From: Oligoflexales bacterium
GTDB taxonomy: Bacteria > Bdellovibrionota_B > Oligoflexia > Oligoflexales > JAPPIL01
Direction of reading: 5' to 3'
NCBI GenBank assembly: GCA_965215515.1
Contig: OZ244057.1
Location: 1,664,001-1,728,000 of the forward strand
DNA length: 64,000 nt
Shown: piece after piece, positions 57,296 to 64,000 of the stretch
Numbering within the stretch: the first letter of the stretch is position 1
How the letters are laid out: the number at the start of each line of letters is the position of its first letter
Position numbers and translations under genes: made by a program
The notes under the pieces: generated by a model
What the model was told of the DNA's origin: nothing
Seen by the model: only the letters and a program-made list of their open reading frames with translations
The model's database searches: none

Positions 57296-58804
57296 GTGAG
57301 AACGGAGCATAGCATGCCACCCTGGTCGCAGTACTGCTACCTCACACGCCATGTGCCGCTGCCTGACGGAGCGGTTTTGCCCCCGTCGCCACCCGCACGC
57401 CTCGGCGAGCAGAATTTTCTGCGTGACTTCGGTTTGACCCTGCCCTACCTGTGCGGTGCGATGGCGGATGGCATAAGCTCAGTCGATCTCGTCACAGCCA
57501 TCGGCAAGGCTGGTATGCTCGGTTTTCTGGGGACAGCAGGGCTTGAACTCACCCGCATCGCCGACGCAATCGTCACCCTCAAAACAAACGCCGCACAACA
57601 AAAATTTACCTACGGCTGCAATCTCATCCACTCCCCCTTCGACACTGAACTGGAGACAAAGACCGCCGAACTGTACGTGAAACACGGCATACGCATCATC
57701 GAGGCCTCGGCCTTCATGGGTATTACCCTACCCCTGGTCAGATACCGCACCGCAGGCATACGCACCGCTGCAAGCGGTGCAATCGTTACTCCTAACCGTG
57801 TCATCGCCAAAGTTTCCCGTGAAGAGCTAGCACATAGTTTCTTCTCCCCCCCTCCTCCACAACTACTCAGGACTCTGCACACACAAGGGCTGCTCACCGC
57901 TCAACAGGCGGAGTGGGCAGCACAAATTCCACTGGCCGATTGCGTTACCGCCGAGGCAGATTCAGGGGGACACACCGATAAACGTGCTCTCGTGACCATC
58001 CTGCCCGCCTTCCTCACTATCAAAGAACAACTCGCGCCGCGCTATGCTCATCACCACCTCTACGTCGGAGCCGCGGGGGGAATTGCCGAACCTCGCGCTG
58101 CCCTCGCGGCCTTCAGTATGGGTGCAGCCTACGTCGTTAGCGGCTCGATCAATCAGTGCTGCGTCGAAGCACACACCTCCACCGCCGTCAAGAAACTGCT
58201 GACACAAGCACGACCCGCCGACGTGACGATGACCGCGGCTGCCGACATGTTTGAGATGGGGGTTCAAGTGCAAGTGCTGAAACGCGGTACGATGTTTCCC
58301 ATGCGCGCCCAACGCCTTTACCAACTCTACCGTCACTACGACAGCATAGATGCCCTGCCTGCGGCGGAGCAACAAAACCTTGCAGCTAACTTTTTTGGTG
58401 CACCACTACCCCAGGTATGGCAAGACACCGCCGCCTACTTCGCCCGCCACAACCCTGCCCAGCTTACCAAAGCCGCCCGCGACCCTAAACACAAGATGGC
58501 ACTGCTGTTTCGCACCTATCTCGGCAAATCATCGCAGTGGGCACGACAAGACAATGCCGCACATCGCCTCGATTTTCAAATTTGGTGCGGAGCAGCGATG
58601 GGTAACTTCAACACCTGGGTAGCCGACAGCTGCCTCGCTCCCCTGTCGGAACGCCAAGTGGCAGTGGTGGCGATGAACATTCTTTTCGGTGCGGCACTGC
58701 TGGCTCGCCTCAACTTACTGCGTCTGTATACCAACACAGCAGCGCCCGCCATACAAGTGCGGCCACGCCCACTAGAGGAGATCGAAATGTTTTTACAGAC
58801 ATAA
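57296..58804 (+). CDS. pfaD: PfaD-family FMN-dependent enoyl reductase
   Basis: GAMADGISS, IEASAFM, IAKVSR.E, EADSGGHTD, GAAGGI, ADMFEMGV.VQVLKRGTMF, DFQIWCG. Confidence 0.9.
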   Translation: MRTEHSMPPWSQYCYLTRHVPLPDGAVLPPSPPARLGEQNFLRDFGLTLPYLCGAMADGISSVDLVTAIGKAGMLGFLGTAGLELTRIADAIVTLKTNAAQQKFTYGCNLIHSPFDTELETKTAELYVKHGIRIIEASAFMGITLPLVRYRTAGIRTAASGAIVTPNRVIAKVSREELAHSFFSPPPPQLLRTLHTQGLLTAQQAEWAAQIPLADCVTAEADSGGHTDKRALVTILPAFLTIKEQLAPRYAHHHLYVGAAGGIAEPRAALAAFSMGAAYVVSGSINQCCVEAHTSTAVKKLLTQARPADVTMTAAADMFEMGVQVQVLKRGTMFPMRAQRLYQLYRHYDSIDALPAAEQQNLAANFFGAPLPQVWQDTAAYFARHNPAQLTKAARDPKHKMALLFRTYLGKSSQWARQDNAAHRLDFQIWCGAAMGNFNTWVADSCLAPLSERQVAVVAMNILFGAALLARLNLLRLYTNTAAPAIQVRPRPLEEIEMFLQT

Positions 58805-58896
58805 TACCTCCACCCCCTGTCAGTCTAGCCCGCAGAGGTAAGGTTCGCCCACACACGGAGAGGATGGGGATGAGGCGAGAAGAACGCGGTGACAAC

Positions 58897-59316
58897 TCAA
58901 AACACAGGGGCAACATCGGTAACACTATCCTCACCGAAACGATCTTGCAGTTGCTCTTTCACCCCCTGCACGAGAGTGAAGGTGGAGGAAGGACAACCCT
59001 CGCAACCGCCGCCGAGCCGCACGTGAGCGATACCCTGCTCGAAGGCTTCCAAACGGGCAAAGCCAGAATGCGCCTTCAACATAGCGGAGATATCACCTTC
59101 AAGAAACAGGGCGATGTCTTTCGCGACACCCTCGAAACGGTCGCTGGTCAGTGGTTCGTCGAAGTCGCCGCGCTCGTCCATACCGAGTAGATTACGCATT
59201 TCTTCGAGAGCTTCGTCACGACTCAAGCCAAAGGTGACTTTGCCCGAGGGGATGTGTTTCGCTTCCCAGCTCTCATCAGGTTTCTGGGCAACGACGACGG
59301 AGTTTAGCTCGCTCAT
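58897..59316 (-). CDS. NifU/Nfu-domain Fe-S carrier with a small N-terminal extra domain
   Basis: L.AHSG, VRLGGGCEGCPSS.FTL..GV; ATG 59316 overlaps the sufU stop, with SD AGGAG. Confidence 0.85.
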   Translation of the reverse strand: MSELNSVVVAQKPDESWEAKHIPSGKVTFGLSRDEALEEMRNLLGMDERGDFDEPLTSDRFEGVAKDIALFLEGDISAMLKAHSGFARLEAFEQGIAHVRLGGGCEGCPSSTFTLVQGVKEQLQDRFGEDSVTDVAPVF

Positions 59317-59780
59317 GGTCTGGTCTCCTGTTCTGTAGATATATGTAAACATGCGTCAAGTGCACCGCGCATCGTATACCAGGGCAGTGCAGCACACTTG
59401 ACCCGTGCGGGGTAGCGCCAAATAGTGGCAAACACAAGAAGCTTGCCAAGCTCATCCTTGCCGATCTTCTCACCCTGCAACAGCTGTTGAAAGAGCTGCA
59501 CTTTGCTTTTCGCCGTACCCGTCGCCTGTCCCTGCAAAAAAACACTCATCATCGAAGCTGATGCTTTGCAGATGGCACAGCTCTGCCCAACGAAGGAAAT
59601 TGCCTCAATCGTCTGCTGCGCCACCACCCGCAGGAAAACTTCGATGTGGTCGCCGCACAGAGGATTGTGACCCTCGCTATGGTGCGTGAAGTTGTCGAGA
59701 CGGCAGAAGTTACACGGTGTGCGATTATGTTCAAGAATTACCTGCTGGTAGAGCTGCTGTGTATGAGTGTCGAGAGTCAT
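59313..59780 (-). CDS. sufU: SUF system NifU-family Fe-S assembly protein
   Basis: LYQQVILEH, HNPLCGD, CAICKASASMM, PARVKCA.L.W. Confidence 0.92.
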   Translation of the reverse strand: MTLDTHTQQLYQQVILEHNRTPCNFCRLDNFTHHSEGHNPLCGDHIEVFLRVVAQQTIEAISFVGQSCAICKASASMMSVFLQGQATGTAKSKVQLFQQLLQGEKIGKDELGKLLVFATIWRYPARVKCAALPWYTMRGALDACLHISTEQETRP

Positions 59781-60994
59781 GCAAAAAACCTAATCGCTTT
59801 GTGCACCGCTGCCGCGAGGCGCTCCACCTCTTGGAGAGTGTTATAAAAAACGAACGAAGCACGTGCCGTCGCGGGAATAGCAAAAAAACGCATCAACGGC
59901 TGATTACAGTGATGCCCCGTGCGGATAGCGATACCTTCATGATCGAGCAACGTGCCCAGATCATGGGGATGCACATTATCGACAACGAAGGACACAACTC
60001 CCACACGTCTCGCGGCACTGCCGATGATACGCAAACCCCGTACCTCCTGCAAGGCCGCGGTCGCACTGTGCAACAACTCGTTCTCGTGGCGTTGCAGTGC
60101 CTCACGATCGAGGGCAGTGAGAAAGTCGATGGCGGTGTCCAGCCCCAACACACCCGCAATGTTAGGTGTGCCAGCCTCGAACTTCTCTGGAGCAGGCAGA
60201 AAAGTCGTGTGCTCCATCGTAACCTTGCTGATCATCCCGCCACCCGTATACGGCGGCGGCATCGCAGTGAGCAACGCTTTTTTGCCGTAAAGCACCCCTA
60301 CACCCGTAGGGGCAAACATCTTGTGTCCAGAAAAAGCTAGGAAATCACAATCGAGTTGTTGCACGTCGATGGGGAAATGACTGACAGCCTGAGCGGCATC
60401 GACCAGCACCCGCACATCATGAGCATGCGCTTGCGCAATTATCTGCGGTAGCGGGTTGTACGTACCGAGTGAATTGGAAACAAAAGTAACCGCCAACAGT
60501 TTGGTGCGTGGCGTAAACAACTGAGGCAATCGCTCGAGAGCAAGTTCGCCGCGCGTCGTGAGCGGGATGTAACGCAACCGACAACCACGCGCCGCACAAA
60601 TCTGCTGCCACGGCACGATGTTGGAATGATGTTCCATCTCGGTGACAATCACCTCATCACCCGTCTGCAAAAAACACGGCCCGAAACTCTGCGCGACAAG
60701 GTTGATGCTCTGCGTCGTGCCAGAAGTGAAGATAATCTCAGCGGAATCGGCCGCATTGATGAACCTCTGCACCTTACGGCGGGTAGCTTCGAACTGCCGT
60801 GTCGCCTCCTCGCTCAAATAATACACCCCCCGATGGATGTTAGCAGTACAGGAGGAAAAATAGGACTGTACCCGCTCCTGCACCGCCCGCGGTGCCAACG
60901 TGGTCGCAGCATTATCAAGATATATCAACGGTTTACTGTGCACCGTGCGCTTGAGCAAAGGAAATTCACGACGAATATCAGCCAGCTTGATCAT
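59777..60994 (-). CDS. sufS: Cysteine desulfurase, SufS subfamily
   Basis: YLDNAATT, EHHSNIVPW, DAAQ, FSGHKM, RTGHHCNQP. Confidence 0.95.
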   Translation of the reverse strand: MIKLADIRREFPLLKRTVHSKPLIYLDNAATTLAPRAVQERVQSYFSSCTANIHRGVYYLSEEATRQFEATRRKVQRFINAADSAEIIFTSGTTQSINLVAQSFGPCFLQTGDEVIVTEMEHHSNIVPWQQICAARGCRLRYIPLTTRGELALERLPQLFTPRTKLLAVTFVSNSLGTYNPLPQIIAQAHAHDVRVLVDAAQAVSHFPIDVQQLDCDFLAFSGHKMFAPTGVGVLYGKKALLTAMPPPYTGGGMISKVTMEHTTFLPAPEKFEAGTPNIAGVLGLDTAIDFLTALDREALQRHENELLHSATAALQEVRGLRIIGSAARRVGVVSFVVDNVHPHDLGTLLDHEGIAIRTGHHCNQPLMRFFAIPATARASFVFYNTLQEVERLAAAVHKAIRFFA

Positions 60995-61153
60995 CGCTTG
61001 CCCGTTCCTAAAGGTTCACCGCCGCACTAAGGCGCAGCCACTGCAACAAGCTCTACCACATCGACAGCATCTTCGCTACCTATCCCCAATCTCCCTAACC
61101 TACGACGATAGGTACGCTATTTGAAAAAAGTCGGAGCGAAAACGCAACGCAGG

Positions 61154-62089
61154 TCAGGGGCAAGCGCGCAAGAAGGTGTGGAGATCGTCCTCAAGTGGGT
61201 AGCACTTACCTCGCCAAGCAGGGAAACGGCGCAACAGACCAGAGAGCACACGACCTGGGCCTACCTCGATGCAGGTGTCGCAACCAAAAGCGAGGGCAGC
61301 CTCGATGGTTGCGACCCAACGCACAGGGTTGCTTATTTGTTTTACGAGAAAGTCAGCTCGGTATGGCACGATAGCCCCGCGGTAATTGGAAATGACGACG
61401 CTGTCATTGTCTATAAACTCCGCCGCCATGATCAGTTTTTGTATTTGCTGTTCCGCAGGGCGCATGAGACGGGAGTGAAAAGGTGCGCTGACGGGAACTT
61501 TGATGCTCTTGATTTTCTCTGCCCGCAGCTGTGCCGCAACCGCCTGCACCGCTGCACTCGTGCCTGCAATCACCACCTGCTGCGGACTGTTGTGGTTGGC
61601 AATATCTACGATTTCGCCTGTCGTGGCACTCACCTGCTGCACTATCGTTGCCACGGTAGCAATTTGGGCACCGAGCACCGCCAGCATTTCTCCTTTCCCC
61701 ACCAATGCTTGCATCACTTGCCCGCGGCGTTTGACCAGATGACAGGCTGTTGCCAGGGGTAGTTTACCGCTCGCGGCAAGGGCACTGAACTCGCCCAAAC
61801 TGTGTCCCGCGTGCAAGGCAGGGCGAAAGTTCGTTTCCCGCTGGAGCACGGCATGGTAAGCCATGCTCACGGCGAACAAACAGGGCTGGGTATTCACCGT
61901 CTGCATCAATAACTCCCGACCTCCCGCTAAGCACATGTGTCTGATACGCATCCGCATCAGGTCTTCTATCCGCTCGAACGTCTGCGCCGTGTAGGGGAAA
62001 TCGGTCAATAAACGCCGACACATGCCAGTATACTGCGACCCCTGCCCTGGGTATACGGCGAGCACCGCTCCACTTGTCCCCGCGGTCAT
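61154..62089 (-). CDS. fabD: Malonyl-CoA:ACP transacylase
   Basis: PGQGSQ, TQP, GHSLGE, SAPFHS, EVGPG.VL; likely start ATG 62089. Confidence 0.93.
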   Translation of the reverse strand: MTAGTSGAVLAVYPGQGSQYTGMCRRLLTDFPYTAQTFERIEDLMRMRIRHMCLAGGRELLMQTVNTQPCLFAVSMAYHAVLQRETNFRPALHAGHSLGEFSALAASGKLPLATACHLVKRRGQVMQALVGKGEMLAVLGAQIATVATIVQQVSATTGEIVDIANHNSPQQVVIAGTSAAVQAVAAQLRAEKIKSIKVPVSAPFHSRLMRPAEQQIQKLIMAAEFIDNDSVVISNYRGAIVPYRADFLVKQISNPVRWVATIEAALAFGCDTCIEVGPGRVLSGLLRRFPAWRGKCYPLEDDLHTFLRACP

Positions 62090-62096
62090 CGCTGCC

Positions 62097-62315
62097 TCAG
62101 CTGGGTTGCTCAAAGCCGTCGGCCTCTTTCGGGGCAGCTGCACTCGCCTCCATCACCTGCCGCCCGCGATAATAACCACAAGACAAGCATACACAGTGCG
62201 GCAGGCGCACCGCCTGGCAGTTAGGGCAAGGGGAATAGCTGCGAGGACGCAAGTAATGATGCGCACGGCGGCTGTTGCGCCGTGACCGCGAGGTTCTTAC
62301 CTTGGGAACTGCCAC
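62097..62315 (-). CDS. rpmF: 50S ribosomal protein L32 (Zn-ribbon type)
   Basis: MAVPK.RTS.SRR..RR, CPNC...HCVC.SCGYY.G. Confidence 0.95.
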   Translation of the reverse strand: MAVPKVRTSRSRRNSRRAHHYLRPRSYSPCPNCQAVRLPHCVCLSCGYYRGRQVMEASAAAPKEADGFEQPS

Positions 62316-62464
62316 AAAAAACCTCCTCTCACCTGTGAAGGGCGACCTTACCTCACTGCGTTATTGCACGCAAGCTTCTTGTCCTAGTGCCGCGGGTGCG
62401 AGGGGGCAGCGCTGGTAAAGAGTCGTCTGTGGCCTGTACCACTAAGTTCGTGGCTTGCTAGCTC

Positions 62465-62749
62465 CTAGCCGAACAAAAAACCTACACCGATGAGAATGCC
62501 GAGACCGAGACCGATCACGGCGAATAATAGCACTTTGGTGATGTACAAACGCTTGCTACGACGGGGCAGCAACAACTCGTGAGCACTCACGCGGTGCCGC
62601 GCACGCGGCGGTAACGCAACGTGTGCTCGTGCTACACCTCCGTTAGGCGGTGGCGGGATCTTTATCTCGGGCAACTCGTCCTGCCTCTCCCTCGTTATCG
62701 GCGGTGGTGGCCTGTCACGATTGGCGAAACTATCAACCATGCCTACCAT
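62465..62749 (-). CDS. Small hypothetical protein with a C-terminal TM helix
   Basis: Pro-rich N-terminus, hydrophobic tail LLFAVIGLGLGILIGVGFLFG. Confidence 0.45.
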   Translation of the reverse strand: MVGMVDSFANRDRPPPPITRERQDELPEIKIPPPPNGGVARAHVALPPRARHRVSAHELLLPRRSKRLYITKVLLFAVIGLGLGILIGVGFLFG

Positions 62750-62843
62750 GCTACGCCCTTTGCCACTCCCTGTCCAATTTTTTCCACGTCACACCGCACA
62801 ACTACCAGCGCGTAAACAGTAGCAGATAACGGTGACGACTCAT

Positions 62844-64000
62844 TCATGAAGTCTGTGGTACGAACTGCGGATCTTTGACTCGCTTACTGGTATTGCGTTT
62901 GGAACTTCTCTGCGTTCGCCGTGCTTTGTCTGACTCTGCTTCACGCGCAAGGCGTTTGTGGTAAACAGCAAGCTCCTGTTCACTGACAACATTGCTGCCT
63001 TCCATGACAGCCTGCACCTCTTCAGCGGTCAGTGTCTCCTTGATGAGCAAAGCCTCGGCGATACTGTTGAGTGCCTTGCGGTTATCGCGCAAAATAGTAA
63101 AGGCACGCTGATAACCCTCGTTGACGAAACGCTGTATCTCCTTGTCTATCTCCTGTGCCATCTTCTCGGAATGATCCTTTTGCTGCGAAATTTCCCGCCC
63201 CAGAAAAACTTCCTGCGACTGTCTACCTACCGCTAACGGCCCGACAACTTCGCTCATCCCCCAGTTGCACACCATTTTGCGGGCGATCTCGGTCGCCTTC
63301 TCGATATCATCGCCCGCTCCCGTTGTGCGGCGCTCAAATACCAGCTCTTCGGCTGCCCGCCCGCCCATCGCATAGGCGATCATGCCCTCGGCGTACTCCT
63401 TGCTGACACAATACCGCTCGCTAGTCGGTAACAACACCGTTACCCCCAACGCCTGTCCCCGCGGCACGATACTTATCTTGTGCAAAGCATCGTGGTTCTT
63501 GAGTTTCAATCCCACCAAAGCGTGCCCCGCTTCGTGATAAGCAGTGTTGCGTTTCTCTTCTTCGGGCATGACCATGCTGCGACGCGCTGGCCCCATCAAA
63601 ATCTTGTCCTTGGCATGCTCAAAATGCACCATCGAAACGATGTCACAATCCTCTCGCGCTGCCAACAACGAAGCTTCGTTGACGAGGTTTTGTAGATCCG
63701 CGCCCGAAAAACCAGGCGTGCCCTGTGCAATCACCTCCAAATCGACATTATCCGCCATGGGAGTCTTGCGGCTATGCACCTTCAGAATGCCTGTGCGTCC
63801 CTTGACATCAGGTTTGCCTACCGTCACGCGCCGATCGAAGCGCCCAGGCCGTAGCAAAGCAGGGTCAAGCACATCAGGACGATTAGTAGCCGCGACAATT
63901 ATTACCCCCTCGTTGCTTTCAAACCCATCCATCTCCACCAGCAGTTGGTTCAAAGTCTGTTCCCGCTCATCGTGACCACCGCCTACCCCCGCACCGCGAT
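62844..64000 (-). CDS. ftsH: ATP-dependent zinc metalloprotease FtsH (5' part beyond the window)
   Basis: [50 protein letters not shown]. Confidence 0.97.
   Translation of the reverse strand, partial: RGAGVGGGHDEREQTLNQLLVEMDGFESNEGVIIVAATNRPDVLDPALLRPGRFDRRVTVGKPDVKGRTGILKVHSRKTPMADNVDLEVIAQGTPGFSGADLQNLVNEASLLAAREDCDIVSMVHFEHAKDKILMGPARRSMVMPEEEKRNTAYHEAGHALVGLKLKNHDALHKISIVPRGQALGVTVLLPTSERYCVSKEYAEGMIAYAMGGRAAEELVFERRTTGAGDDIEKATEIARKMVCNWGMSEVVGPLAVGRQSQEVFLGREISQQKDHSEKMAQEIDKEIQRFVNEGYQRAFTILRDNRKALNSIAEALLIKETLTAEEVQAVMEGSNVVSEQELAVYHKRLAREAESDKARRTQRSSKRNTSKRVKDPQFVPQTS

Overview
The window has two parts. (1) Positions 1-~21,000 are the right end of a decaying integrative conjugative element/genomic island that abuts the 3' end of a tRNA-Arg(CCT) gene. 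It carries one tightly coupled minus-strand conjugation operon: TraU-like, a PilB/GspE-type ATPase, a thioredoxin-fold lipoprotein, pilin, TraL/E/K/B/V-like, TraD-like coupling protein, TraC/VirB4, TraH-like and a lipoprotein. After that come a divergent Xre regulator, a relaxase-helicase C-terminal fragment, a HigBA-type toxin-antitoxin pair, a broken DNA methyltransferase, two Rpn/YhgA-like genes bracketed by 94-bp inverted IS-end-like repeats, a fragmented Type ISP restriction-modification gene and a probable serine-recombinase remnant. (2) Positions ~21,000-64,000 are core chromosome with a Bdellovibrionota/deltaproteobacterial-style gene set (taxonomy is inference): kbl, fused bioD-bioA, a DUF285/BspA repeat lipoprotein, a type IV pilin, rsmB, rpsA, a short class II DAHP synthase, ccsA-like-hemA-hemC, a full type II secretion operon with two gspC, aroK, ccmF/H, a PLP decarboxylase, orphan pfaD, sufS-sufU-nfu, fabD, rpmF and ftsH. 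The best candidate for an undescribed system is the F/G-like T4SS operon with an embedded Zn-motif PilB/GspE extension ATPase. A second unexplained signal is a strong G/C strand skew that flips every few kb, independent of gene orientation. All calls come from reading motifs by eye; no searches were run.
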